From Heptranchias perlo (Eukaryota), in assembly GCF_035084215.1 (NCBI RefSeq), contig NC_090325.1:151652001-151716000 (forward strand): a stretch of DNA of 64,000 bases. Direction: 5' to 3'. The notes under the pieces were generated by a model. It had not been told where the DNA came from, did not search any database, and was given only the letters and a program-made list of their open reading frames with translations. The position numbers and the translations under genes were made by a program. Shown here in pieces: positions 1 to 12,711 of this stretch (positions are counted from its first letter, which is position 1; each line of letters opens with the position of its first letter).

Positions 1-431
1 GCATTATCACCTGATGAGGCGGTTTTCACACTTCAACAAAAGTGCTTGTCACATTGATTGCCAAACGTGCTCAAGTCCTAATGATGAGGTGAAAAAGACT
101 CTGAAACATCAATGGTTTGGTTACTAGGCAATTTTTATACCTAAACAAAAAAACTTGTAAGAGAGTTCAAAACAGCGATTGGCAAAACTCAACACATCGG
201 CTTTAGCAAGGCAGGGCAGCGCTTAAAATGAATAGATCCAGACTTTTGAAATTCATCTAAACATTTCATTCATTTACCAGTTATTCATTTAACAGAGATG
301 ATTATCATTGGAAAAGACAGAAATGGGATTTGTAGATGGAGATTTTATTCTCAAACATTTTATTCATTTTAGGTGGGCTTGACTGTATTCTGGTTTTTTT
401 TCCATGCTTTATTTTCTGTCTATATGGCCAA

Positions 432-572
432 CTAAGGAGTAATGATTAGCTTGTATTGTAACCAAAGAGCACTGTTTTTTTCTCTTTTGTACACTCGTCC
501 TAAAAAAGGCAAGATGATATTTTCTGGAGCCTTGTCGCTTGGTAACAACAAACTTCGTGCCACTGGGGGGAC
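432..572 (-). CDS. Candidate terminal coding exon (46 aa + stop), possibly the 3' end of the minus-strand ANK-ZU5-UPA-DD gene; product unknown
   Basis: Strong acceptor (gtgttgttttcag|GTC). Open phase-0 frame VPPVARSLLLPSDKAPENIILPFLGRVYKREKNSALWLQYKLIITP*. AATAAA 18 nt after the stop (408-413, minus). Confidence 0.4.
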   Translation of the reverse strand, partial: VPPVARSLLLPSDKAPENIILPFLGRVYKREKNSALWLQYKLIITP

Positions 573-2195
573 CTGAAAACAACACACAAAAATCTGGAGA
601 GTGTGGATTAATTAATGGAAAGTTTGATAGTCTGTCCATCTCATCTAATCTAATCCTGTGGAGAGACTGGAGATTTTGTTCCAAATGTTTGGCAGCAAGA
701 CTTGTGATGTTAGGAGCAAAGAACCTTCAGCTGGGAAAAAGCAGACTACCACAACAGTGCAGGTTCTAGCACTTTATATGATCTGGACATGCAGCACTGA
801 CTATCAATAATGTCATGCCTGTGCTCAGCATGTAACTTTTCTAGAAGCCTATTAGGCAAGGCTGTATTCATACAATGTGGATGGATATGGAGTCAAAAAT
901 GGAATTAATTTTTATGACCAAACTCATCAGAAAAGTGAAACGGGTGGAAAACTAGAAATGAGCCCAGACAAACCATGTACAGCAACAAATCTGTTAGGAT
1001 ACCTTTCCCAAGACAGAAGGTTAAGAAAATTTACTTACACCATATTTAAGGCATAATATCATGATTTAACCTTCAGACCATCATTAATTTAGCATTAGGA
1101 GAAAACAATTATGACATCCACTTAATGACCCCAACAATTTCATTGGAACACTATGAAATATATTTGTGAAGGGAAATGGGAGGCTTGCAAATATCACCAG
1201 TATTTCACTAAGTCGCTCATGTTTGCTCAAGTGCTGTGTTCTTGCTTTGAATACATTGCTCTTTCAGCTCTGGGACCTAGGTTCACATTCAGCCCAGACT
1301 AATGGAGTCTCCTCTCTCTGCTGTCTGCATCCTACATGAACTGTATGGGCAGTCTCAATCGAATTTTCATTGGGTATAGGTCCACAACAGAAAATCAATT
1401 GGCAATCCCACTGGTACTCTTTCTGATAAACCTCTAGAGGCATGGAAGTGGCTTGCAAGTGAAGCTGCTTCCCATGCCATCACATTGTTTGCACTGCACG
1501 TCTCACCCAGGTTCAAATCTGCATGGGCGAAATATATTATTTTAACTAACAATGCAAAAGTAACAGGTAACATGCTAACAGGTCGCATGCCAAAGCTACC
1601 AACCGCTGAATAAACTGTACTGAAAGTTCAAGACCCACAGCAGTGGTGGCAGTGTGGATGTGCTGAAACTGAGTAAGCAGAATAATGCAATGGGAATAAG
1701 TATTGCAGCCAGCAAGTTAAGGTGCCAAAGGGGTGACTCTGACATCTGATGCGCGCACAAAAAAAAAAGCTACTGTTGAAGGAACTGTTGCATGATTTAC
1801 TTTGCTAAATGCCTCTGATAAGTGCGCCAGCAGACAACACTGCAAAGTAAAAGCAGAATCAGACTGGACACAAGGTTAGTGTGGAAAACAAAAACACTAC
1901 CCTGGTAGAATTGGATGCTCTTCTGAGCCAGATAAAAGCACACCCATGGAGCAGAGTAGAATGCTTTATTTTGCATCTGCCTCTATACACACCTGGCACT
2001 GAGCAATCAAAATTGAAAAAAGTGTTCTATTTCCAGAGGTAACATTCGTCACCGCAAAGTTTCACCAAAACCACACTTGCATAATCAAGAAATTAATGCA
2101 GGGGTTTTAGCAAATTTAATGCAACAAAGCTTCATGCAATTTTCAACAATGTGTCATGAGACAATAGGAGGCATAATTAAAGACATTTACGAGAC

Positions 2196-3125
2196 ACATG
2201 TATGCTGACGACACCCAGCTTTACTCCTCCACCCTTCCACTGCCTCTCTGATATCAGACTGTTTGGCCGATATTCAGTATTGAATGAGCCACAATTTCCT
2301 CCAGTTAAACATTGGGAAGACTGAAGCTATCGTCTTCGGCCCCATGCCCACAAACTTCGTACCCTCACCACCGATTCCATGTAAGGTGCACAACTTCAGC
2401 CACCGTCTCAGTTGAACCAGACTTTTCGCAGCCTCAGTATCCTTTTTGATTCAGAGCTAAGCTTCCAAACCCACATCCTCTCCATCACAAAGCCCACCAT
2501 ACTTCCATCCCTGTAACATCGCCTCAGCCCATCTGCTGCCGAAACCCTCATACATGCCTTTGTTGTCTCCAGGCTCAATTATTCTAATGCTCTCCTGGCC
2601 GACCTCCCATCCTTCACTCTCCATAAGCTTCACTTCATCCAAAACTCTGCTGCCTAACCAAGTCCCACTCACCCATCACCCCTATGCTCACTGACCAACA
2701 CTGGCTCCCGGTCCACTAACGCCTAAAATTTAAAACTCTCATTTTCGTGTTCAAATCTCTTCATGGCCTCACCCCTTCCTATTTCTGTAACCTTCTCCAG
2801 CCCTACAACCCTCCTCAAATTCTGCATTCCTCCAACTCTTGCTTCTTGTACATCTCCCATTCCCTTGGCCCCGCCATTCGCAGCCGTGCCTTTAGCTGTC
2901 TTGGTTTTAAACGTTGGAATTCCCTCCCTGAACATTTCCGCCTCTCCACCTCCCACTCCACCTTCAAGGTCCTCCTTAAAACCCACCTTTTTCATCAAGC
3001 TTTTAATCACCCCTCCTAATATCTCCTTCTTTGGCTTAGTGTAGATTTTAGTCTGATTACACTTCTATGAGGCACCTTGGAATGTTTTTTCATGTTACAT
3101 AAATGCAAGTTGCTGTTATTGTTGT
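2196..3125 (+). mobile_element. L2-clade LINE, 3' part (RT C-terminus and 3' UTR), degenerate
   Basis: HMYADDTQLY and NFLQLN..KTE motifs at 2196-2330. FKSLHGLTPSY...RAFS....WNSLP..R in ORF 2747-3019. 3' tail ending in tgttgttg. Confidence 0.85.
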
Positions 3126-3439
3126 TGAGACACATAGAACATGTGAATAGATGAGGCAGTGATGGGTGGGGCAGGCAAAAATTAAAGCAAGAAATGAAAC
3201 AGGAAAAATTGGCAAAGCAGGCTCCAGTGGCCCGGGAGCCTCCGAGAAGAAAAAAATCAGATTGACACCAAGGGTGCATAACCACTCTGTCAGCAGAGTG
3301 TTCTGATGGAGTGTCCCCACCCCAAGAATCAATCCGCCCCTCCCTCTGACCTCCCCCTGCCTCCACAACCACCCGAAACATTAACAAACACATCCCACGC
3401 TGCCAACATTTCCCGGTAAAGTGAAAGTGGGAACCAAAG

Positions 3440-3650
3440 TTAAGGTCTGAAGTTATTAAAAATCAATATTACGGCCAGAGGGTTACAAAGTGCCTAATAG
3501 AAAGATACAGTGCTGTTCCTTCAGTTTGAACAGTGTAGAAGGCCAAAGACAAGAGATTGGAGTAGAAGTGAGACAGGGAATTGAAATGAGACAACAATAA
3601 CTCATCTGTTCTCTCCACAAATACTAACTAGCCTGCTGAGTGTTTCCAGA
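3440..3650 (-). mobile_element. Old Penelope-like element remnant (GIY-YIG C-terminus plus inverted pLTR end), second family
   Basis: Minus strand resembles EQH.IF.LGTL.P.G.NI.F. Similar to 42340-42490. 3600-3650 resembles the reverse complement of 39985-40040. Confidence 0.55.
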
Positions 3651-4632
3651 AACAAGGTATACCTTGACTAGGGTTGTTTTTTCATCATTGCAAACATTTG
3701 TCTTGCCAAGTGTGTTCTTCCACCAGGATACAGCTAAATGGAATTTGTCCACTTATTTTATTACAAAATATCAAATTTCCTGAAAAATTAATTAACACTG
3801 TGCCAATTGTATCACACCTACAATAAACTGCGTCATCGCTTTACCAGATCTTGAACAGCGAGCATTTCCTATGTTTTAATGAACTATGCACTGTCGTGAA
3901 TGTTGCATAACAAAGCAAACATAAAATGTGATATGAAAACATTGGGGACTAAAGTCCAGTCATCTTTATAACTGACAGCGTTATGCCACCATGTTGCAAT
4001 TTCTGGTCCTTTAAAGATTTTTTTTCTCTTAACAGTAGTTCCCATAAGCAGACTCTCTCCTTCTAGTCTCCCATGATCCAGAAGCAGCACCTTTTCAATT
4101 ACCTGCCCCAGCAAAGTTGTGTGACCCTGAGGATTAACAATCATCCTACTTATAACAAACTGCATACTGAATTAAATATCATCTCATGCTACACTATTCC
4201 ATGCACTTCAGATAAGTGTATGTTAAACACAGGTCAAATTCTCTGGCGAAAATGAACATCTATATAATTAAAAGTTTTGCACGTGATGCATGTCCCAACG
4301 TGACCAAAACATGCTGATTTTTATTTACTAAAAAAACACCTGAGTGACCAATGTCAGTGGGGGCGCGGAACCAATGGCTCAGATATTAGAATGGAGGCAA
4401 GATGCCAGTGGCAGGGGGGGAATGGACACGCAGGTAACCCGACCAATAATGTCCGTTTCCCACACGATCGCAATTCAATTGGTGCCACTTAATGTGGCTT
4501 CCGGGTTTGCCGTCCGAAAGCTGCGCAGCGGGCAGACTTGCGCACCCGCATCACAGGCTGTCAGCTGGAGGAGCTCTACTTAAAGGGCCATTGCTTCAAT
4601 GGCTTTTTCTGGAGTAAACACCCCACACCACA

Positions 4633-6644
4633 ATGGAGCAGCACAGGGGCAAGGTTGCTTCAAGGTTCCATGATGCCTCACTCCAGGTGCTACTGGAGTG
4701 AGGAGGAGGAAGGATCTGTTTTACCCGGCGGACAGGAGAAAGTGGCCTGCCTCTGCCACCAAGAAGACCTGGCTCGTGGTGGCAGAGGAGGTCACCAGCA
4801 GCAGCAACATCTCGCGCACATGGATCCAGTGCAGGAAGCACTTCAATGACCCAACTAGGTCAGCCAAAGTGAGTACACTTATTGATACTCCTACATTCCA
4901 TCTTCCACATCACCGCCCCCACCCCCCAACTCATTCTGCACTGCCAACACTACTCTATCACATCACTCCTCACGCCCACTGAAGGCTCATCCTCAACCTT
5001 TTTTTTATTCGTTCATGGGATGTGGGCGTCGTTGGCGAGGCCAGCATTTATTGCCCTTGCCTAATTGCCCTTAAGAAGGTGGTGGTGAGCCGCCTTCTTG
5101 AACCGCTGCAGTCCGTGTGGTAAGCTGCACGTCCTCACCTTCCCCTTAGTCACCCCACCACTACCACCCAATCCTCATCCAATGTCATAGCTCTGTCTCA
5201 TACTCACCCTCTGATGCACCTCTTTCACAGTCAGCCTCACCCAAACCAATGCATTCATCAATTGGCCGCTTCACCATCAGTTGGCCACTTCACCATCACT
5301 CGCTCACAGGTCTGTTCTCCCCCCCCCCCCACCCTTCTAAGTGAGCGCAAAAAGCACTGAATAGGGCGAGGACCGGAGAGGGGGCACAACAAATCGTCAT
5401 CCTCACAGACGCAGAGCAGGAGGCGTTGGAGCTCAGCCGAATCCTTGAGTGCCTGTCCGTCGGGGACGCCGAGACTGGCACCCCATAAACATCTGGTGGC
5501 ACAACTTTAACATTCATCACACACAATATGAATTGATGTTAACATGCCTTGCCATCTTCAGCATCTCAGTATGCTCATTGCAACATGACACATCTGTGAT
5601 GATGCTTAATATTGCCTTCTGTTCTCTTACAGGCCCTTCAGCGACCCTATGACGGCAGCGGGCAATTCTGCAGAGGACCTGCCGGCCTCTGAGGATACAC
5701 AGTCACATCTTAGCGAGCCATCCATCAGAGCAGATATTCACCTCGGTGGGTCCTAGTCCTCAGTTAGTTGGGGTCGCACATGGTGAGTTACTACACATGA
5801 GCATGAGCAAACACTGGTGGCAGGGGCAGCTGCGGAGAGTCTGCGTCGGTGGGAGCACTCCTTTCCAGGCTCTGCTCAGCTGGATGCAAATGCAGAACCC
5901 TTTAAAATGAGAATGATCAAGGGACAGTAGCACATTTGCAAGGTACTGGAACAGGTGCCATGCGCACTCTCCACAATAGTAGAGAGAATGGAGGAGCCTA
6001 ACTCTTGCATGAGTGGAATGGTGGCACAGGTACAGGAGGGAATCTCTGAGATACTGTCACAGGGACGTGAGCAACTCTCTGAGATAGTTTCAGAGGTAAG
6101 TGCAGAAATATCTGCGATGGAGAGAAGGCTAGCCTCCAATGAGCTTCAAGCATGGCTCACAAATGAGTCCATTCAGGCCCTGACAACGGCCGTTCGGACT
6201 CAGGATGAACAACATTCTGCCGCCTTAAACAGGCAGACAGATACACTAGCACTGGCCTTACAAGGCAATACACATGTCCTCCAAACTGTTGTCCAGCAGA
6301 GTGGTAGTAGTGATATGGCCCTGGCCCAGGGGAAGGGTGATGGCAAAAGGGGACATGGAAGTGGGGACGCCACTCAAAGCGCTCCCACGTCTCATCCGTT
6401 GCCCCTCTCTCAACCAGTACCCGCAATGCTGCCTCCTCTCCAGGTGGCCGAGTCTGCCCCTACACAGCTGCAGGTGGAGCAGTCTTTGGAGGGGCCCTCA
6501 CAGGCTCCAAAACCGAGAGGGTGTAGGTCCAAAGCATCTAAGCAGTCAGGGCATGAAGATGAGCAACCTGCCACTACCTCTGCTGCAGGCACAGGGGATG
6601 CACCACATAGAAGTAGCTGCAAGAGAAAGGCGAAAGTTTTGTAA
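4633..6644 (+). pseudogene. Harbinger ORF1: Myb/SANT-like DNA-binding protein (NAIF1-like), three exons, degenerate
   Basis: Exon 1 4633-4868 (MEQHRGKVASRFHDASLQVLL...KKTWLVVAEEV...RTWIQCRKHFND, donor GTGAGT). Exon 2 ca. 5340-5495 (RTG.G...LTDAEQEALEL). Exon 3 from acceptor ttacag at 5633 to TAA at 6644, including the coiled-coil-like 229-aa ORF. Frameshifts present. Confidence 0.8.
4998..5122 (-). mobile_element. 3'-end fragment of LINE family B inserted in Harbinger intron 1
   Basis: Near-identical to the 3' tail at 12712-12840 and 59682-59810, with poly-T on the + strand. Confidence 0.85.
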
Positions 6645-6961
6645 GCACGAGGGGTACACACAAAGGTGTTTGACAAATGCTCGTGTTTTTCATTTATATT
6701 TGCTTTTTGTTAAAATCACATTAGATATTATGAATGTCACCACTACTGCCACGTTTTGGCCATTCTTGAATGGCTTTTGTGATCGGGCTCTTTCATGAGG
6801 TTCACCGTGAACGGCGACACTTGATACCACCCACTGGGTCACTTTACAGTGGGTGTATGTGTAGTTGCAGGACTGTTTTGTGCAGGGAGGGGTGGGCGGC
6901 CTGGTGTGGGCGCTGCTCTTTCCAGGTTGTGCGAGGACTGGACTCTTCACACTGTCTGATG

Positions 6962-8099
6962 TTAGGAGAACCGTTCACATATCAGTGACTCCCTGGCCTC
7001 ACTAGCAGTTGCTCTGCCCATGGGTTCCTCCTCCTCCTCAAGCGGCACCCCTCACTGTTGTGCCATGTGGTGCAGGGCACAAGAAACTACTATAATGCGT
7101 CCCACTCTGGCGGGTATTGAAGCGCTTCCCCAGAATGATCAAGGCACCGAAATCGCATCTTGAGCAGCCCTATAGCATACTCCATTGTAGACCTGGTGGC
7201 GATGTGGCTGTCATTATATCAACGCTGTTGTTCGGTGGTGGGGTTCCTCAGAGGTGTCATGAGCCACGTGAGGAGGGGATATCCCTTGTCCACCAACAGC
7301 CAGCCCTTAAGGGTGTTCGGTGCATGGAAGAGGGGCGGGATGTTGGATTCCCTCAGGATGAAGGAATCATGGCAGCTGCCAGGGAATGTGGCGCACGTGA
7401 AGGGATCTTTTGCAGTGGTCACAAACAAGCTGAGTGTTGATGGATTGATACCCCTTCCTCTTGATGAACAGTCCTGGCTTGTGTGGAGGTGCTCGGATTG
7501 CTATATGGGTGCAATCGATTGCACCCTGCACCCGTGGGAAGCCAGCCACAGAGTGGAATCCCACTGCCCTCTCCGTCTAGCTTGAGGTCACCCATGAGGA
7601 AGATGACCTACTGCAAGGCCCTGCAAAACAAGCAGTCGGTGACCTGCCTTATGCACTTGCGTGCAGACGACGAAGACACCCCGGCGATGTCCCTGGTGAC
7701 ACCCTGGAATGATCCGGAGGCGAAGAAGTTGAGGGCGGTGGTGACTTTGACAGCGACAGGTAAGGCGATGCCGCTCGGCCCAGCCAGGAGCAGCTCGGCA
7801 TGAAGAAGGCTGCAGATGTCTGCGACTTCCTGGCGACTCACTATTATCCTCCATATGCACTGGCCCTCAGAGAGGTCCAGGAAGCTGAGCATCGGTCTGT
7901 AGACCCTGTGGCGAGGGTAGTGCTTCCTGCGACGCCACTCTCTCTGTTGTTGCCCTCTGTGCTCTTGTGCAGGTGCCCGTGGCACAGCACTGTGTTGTGG
8001 AGCTCCATGTGGCGGAGGTGCCGCCGTGCGTGGCAAGGCTAGTGATGTTGCTCCTCCTCGGATGTAGCAGTGAATGCAGCCATGGTGCACCCCCCCCAT
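6962..8099 (-). pseudogene. Harbinger transposase, HARBI1-like (DDE_Tnp_4), frameshifted
   Basis: Motifs [50 protein letters not shown] and [16 protein letters not shown] are split over ORFs 7608-8099, 7367-7564 and 7219-7428. C-terminus ARESLICERFS* ends at 6962. Confidence 0.92.
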
Positions 8100-8880
8100 C
8101 CTGATGGTGAAAGTTTGAGGGGGTCCGAAAAGTTGTTAAGTATGTGTGAACAGCTGAATTGTGAGTGGAAAGTAAGAATTTTCAATGAAAACACAAAGAT
8201 CTCACAGCCAAAAGTTTTTGTGAAAGAACTGAGTGCCCTGCTGCAAGAACTCACCTTTTCTCCCCATCTGTCAAACAAGTATTTGAATGTGCAACTGGCT
8301 GCTGGTTGAAACATGTCTGTTAGAACATGGAGTGTTTCCCCACAGCAGGGGAAACACGCTGAGGATGCTTCAAAATCGGACCCCTGCCTCAATGTGGAGA
8401 ATATTAAGTACTTCAAGTACTTAAACTATCTAAACAAATGTGTTAAGTATCATTCTGCCGGCTTTAATTTCCGGTGGGACTTCCGCATTCGGGAGGCAAG
8501 CGTGCACCTAGACACGTCAGTGGGGAACCCGTAAGTCTGCGGGTTGGAGCCGGGTTGCGAACCTGATCGGGATTTCCCTGATTTTTGGAGCTCCCCCACC
8601 CCCAACTTCCCTACAAAATTGAGCCCAATGTGTCTTCCTTTAACAAAAATCCCTATTCACTAAATAAAATAACATTTTTCAACAAAAAAAGCTTCAGAGA
8701 CCTTTGGGATGCCAAACTCATTCCCTTCTACGCCATGAAATACTGTATCCCTAAAAAATAAAATTTATACAGAACACACACAATAAACATCTATGATTTT
8801 TGGAGAGAGAGGGAATCACAAAATGTACCCATCCCACTTTGCAAATCTCTCTAACCCCATTCCACTATATGGGCATTCAC

Positions 8881-9011
8881 TCTTTCAGGGGCATTAGTAT
8901 TCCCTTTTGCGTTGTTCCTTAGAAGTTCAGTTGGGCCTTGCATCGAAATATTTTCTGGTCTTTGTACATACTTGACTTCAATCCCAGTCAACCAGCAGGG
9001 AGTTCTTGCTC
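8881..9011 (-). CDS. Candidate internal exon (phase 1 to 0), open frame
   Basis: Acceptor ...aacaatag|GA after a long T tract, donor AGA|gtgaat. Translation (G)ARTPCWLTGIEVKYVQRPENISMQGPTELLRNNAKGNTNAPER. Phase-compatible with the 432-572 exon. Confidence 0.3.
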
Positions 9012-10629
9012 CTATTGTTAAACATTTCAAAGCAAAAAAAAACAAATCGCATCATCTTATTACTAGTTTTCATCTAGATTATTTACTTGAAACTTGTATA
9101 ACATTCCTCTGTACTTTCTATATATTTGATCATTTCAATAGTTTTGGGTGGGGGCATGTCACGTGCCACAATCTACTTATTGCATCTCTTTCAGTCTTTG
9201 CATAAATGAGTATCAAGAGGTGGGTCAAGAGCACAAACACAAGATAAAATAAATGAGTGTAGCAGTATAAATACCTGCAACTTAGCTGCTGAGAGTGTGG
9301 CTCACAGCATAGCCATCACAATTTCTTAGCTACGATCTGCATGCTGCTTGCCTCAGTTCTGTTGAATATGCCTAAATCTACATACTGGTATCCCTACCCA
9401 AACACCATTTTCGTCCTCCCTCCTCCAGAGTTCTCCAAAAAGTAACGCTTAGCAGAAATTAGGTAACTTATTTTCTGTGTGTGATGGGTGTGTTGCATTT
9501 AGAAAAATCCAGGCTCCAAAGCAGGCCCTGAAGCATCACGACTACTGATACTAATAATTTGATTTTTTTTTTAAATCCCCTCCTGTGTTCCCAAACTAAC
9601 TATCTCCTGAGTTCTGCCAGTTTCAAGGAACTCACCCTCCAAATTACTTTGATACCCAAGCACCCCTTGAGTGTTGCCAGACCTCAGATCCCAACTCAAC
9701 AAGTCCCTCTCCACCCCCACAGGATCAATTTGCCTTACAAAATGAGGCTCAAACCTCAACTACTCCAGTCCTGGCACAGTCCCCTCCCCCAAGTATTCCC
9801 AAACTCTAACTCTCTCTTCTCTTCCATGATCTCAGCCCAACCTCTCCGTGCCGCGCCCCTCCCCCCCCACCTCAGCTTAGGAACACAATGAGCCTCTTTA
9901 CTTTCAGCCACAACCCTCCTCTCACTCCGTGCTCCCAAACTTCAGGCCCCAAGTACTAAGACACCCCAGTCTACCCTTCATCAAATGGTATCACACCCTC
10001 AAACCACCACCTCAGTACTTCCATGTTCACCCACACCACTCAAAAGCTGCTCACTCATTCCCAACTCAACCCTCCCCTCGCTGCTTCTATTCCCCAGCGC
10101 TCAGCCCTTCTCACCTGCCACACTCTAGCACATGGTCTTTGAAGTGCTACATACTGCTGCCATCCAAGATGTTCAATGAAGCAATCTCCTACTTCATAAA
10201 TTTCAATGGCCTTTCAGTAGTGGCCAAACATTGAAAATTCCTACCAACATCAAACAAGTAAGAAATCAGAACTCAGCAACACACTATGACCTTAAAAAAG
10301 TATAACTTTACAAGAGAAGCACAGAAAAAGGGGCTTCACTTCTCACTTTTTAAAAAATCTGTAAGCAATGTCATGGGAAATTATCTAGTATTTTATAATT
10401 AATTAAAGATATGAACCACAAGAGATCAGTGAATGTTAATAGAAGAAATAATAAAATACACATGCAAGTAAAGTCTGTAATGGTTAATTACCCTTTGCAA
10501 GAGACGACTTTGTGTAAAACAGCAAGTCTGAACTACTTCTACTGTCTTAATATATCTGTCAAAATGTTTAATAGTTCACTGTGAAAACAGTCTCCTTTCT
10601 TCGGCATACAATTCAATTGAAATTTCTGA

Positions 10630-10935
10630 ACTTTCAGATGAGATGTTAAACCGAGGCCTCACCTGCCTATTGATATGGATGTGGATGTAAAAAAATTCCA
10701 TGGCACTATTTAAAGGGTTCGGGAGTTTTTCCCGGTATCCTAGGCAACATTTATCCCTCAACCACCACCATCAAAAAAAGCTAAACTGGTCACGTGTCTC
10801 ATTGCATACTGGGATCTTGCTGTGTGAAATTGGATGCTGCTTTTGCCTGTATAACAACAGTGACTGTATTTCAGAAGTAACTCATTCGCTGTGAAGCACT
10901 TTGGAAAATTCTGAGGCCACCAAAGGTGATAAATG
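10630..10935 (+). mobile_element. Old Deu-domain SINE fragment (body and tail)
   Basis: gatgagatgttaaaccgaggcc and ccatggcactattt are shared with the SINE at 21110-21405. The tail matches 18395-18540. Confidence 0.7.
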
Positions 10936-12005
10936 AATGAAAGTTATCTTTTTCTTAACTCCTGTGTTTTTGCCATGCCCTGCTTTTAGTCATTTGGTCT
11001 ATTGAAATTTAATGAAATTATAATTCATAATAGAAAAGCTTCACTCAACAATTGCAACACACACATACACAAACAAACAAACGTGCAACTGGAACTCACA
11101 TCATAGCATTTTGTTCCCAATGGTTCATTCAAATCATAACTCTTCCAGACATTCACAACGGACAGCAAATTAGCTCATTCACCACAAAAATCCCTACAAT
11201 TACAAACTATACAACTATTTGCAATTTACTAATGGGGAAATGACAGCATGCAGGTACAAGTTGGAAATGGGAGGGTGAAATCAGTCAGCGAGATAGCAAT
11301 CATTTTTCTAATTTTTTTGGATTCATGATTAGAGCCATACCACCAATTAGTGTGCCAAAATTCCAATTTGATTCAATAATCAGCCAAACTTACTCCAAGA
11401 AAATAGAACTCTGAATTTGTTGAGATTTACTTAAGAAGTTTCAGAAGATGTTTGTTTTCAGCACTTTCCTAGAAATTTTAAATGTTCCCAGACATCAAAT
11501 GCAATTAATTTGGAAATCTATACTGCAATATATCCAGAAGAGTACTCTTTATTGTTGAAATCTCTGACTTCCCAACGACTCTGCAAATTTATCCAACTCG
11601 TAAGGTTCCAGGTTCTGTGCTAAGTTAGTTGATCTCAGCCACATCAACATTAGGGGAACTACAATTGGCTAAAGCACCCCTGGTGAAAGGGTACAGGTGC
11701 GGACAGGATCAGGTTTAGCAGTGATGCCACATGGTCAAGTAGTCCGGTGATACTCATGATCAAGTTTCATGCATGAAATAGCCACTTAAGGAAGGTTCTG
11801 GTAAGCAACTACGTCATTGCAACTGTATGGCAGCAGGGCGCCAACTCCCTCAAGGATCAAGTATATGATGCAAAATGTACACTTACTCATACACAATAAA
11901 ACCGGCAAATCAAAATACAATATATTTGAAGGGCATAAAATCCTCTTGGGGGTAAGGATGGGTGGGGTAGGTGGAGATTGCTTATCTGATCACACATAAT
12001 TTTAC

Positions 12006-12105
12006 TTGCAGACTACCATGTCTTCATGCAACTGTGTTATAAATAATTCTCAAACCTAGCTACATCATTGTTGCAGTATATTAAAGATCTCTCCCATACA
12101 ATTAT
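12006..12105 (-). pseudogene. Decayed death-domain exon (C-terminal half of DD)
   Basis: Acceptor tttgctctctttttcag|, donor |gtaaaa. Translation (D)NCMGEIFNILQQ*CS*V*ELFITQLHEDMVVC resembles DD helices 4-5 (EQIYQMLxxW...LxxAL), with TGA at the conserved Trp position. Confidence 0.5.
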
Positions 12106-12711
12106 CTGAAAAAGAGAGCAAACATAGTCTAAAAGCTTGGAATCAGTGCCAGGGGAACATTCATCCGAAAGAAAGATGGAATCACAATTGATGGCAATCA
12201 CAGAAATCCACAGCTTTGTGTTCAATAAACCTTTTAACATAAATTATGAAGGACTTGCAGGATTCACTCATGCGGTCAGCTGAGCTCCTCTGGGGACTGC
12301 TCATTTTAGAAAAGGAAAGGTACCGGCATTCACATTAAGTTAATCCATCTCACTTCGAAAAAAGAAAAGCAACAAAACAAAAAGAGACAGAGTTCCAGAA
12401 TATTCCATAGTAGGAAGTTTTCAAAATTGTGGCAGATAGTATTTCAATCTTCAGAAGGATTTTCTTTAATAACAAAGTCTATTGTAGCCATTAGCAGATA
12501 ATGAATTGTGGAACCAGCTGGACAACATTTAACTGGCAATTATCCAAGTGGGCTGGTTTTAAAAATTATTTTATTACCTACTGGTTGATCTCCCATGGTG
12601 TGACTAACAGTGCTTTACCGTCTCTTACAAATTTCTTCCCAAATTAATTCAATGGAGATAAGCACCCCTCTCCCCACTTTCATACCTCGGCCCTTCTTCA
12701 CCTGCAACAGT

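Larger units (their letters stand above)
4376..8626. mobile_element. Full-length PIF/Harbinger DNA transposon (about 4.25 kb), degenerate
   Basis: Imperfect TIRs ggctcagatatt / aaaattgagccc. 3-bp TSD AAT (4373-4375, 8627-8629). Convergent Myb/SANT-like gene (+) and HARBI1-like DDE transposase (-). Confidence 0.92.

Noticed and set aside
8-108. CTGATGA and ATGATGA...CTGA motifs suggesting a hammerhead or C/D snoRNA
   Set aside because: No helix II plus GAAA follows the first motif; the box C to box D distance is only about 15 nt with no terminal stem.
5955-6644. 229-aa ORF as a host gene
   Set aside because: It lies within the Harbinger TIRs and is the last exon of the element's Myb gene.
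9560-10140. C-rich ORFs (110 and 101 aa) and similar tracts at 33830-34260 and 43330-43740
   Set aside because: Low-complexity strand-biased sequence with no recognisable motifs, splice structure or clear TIR/TSD.
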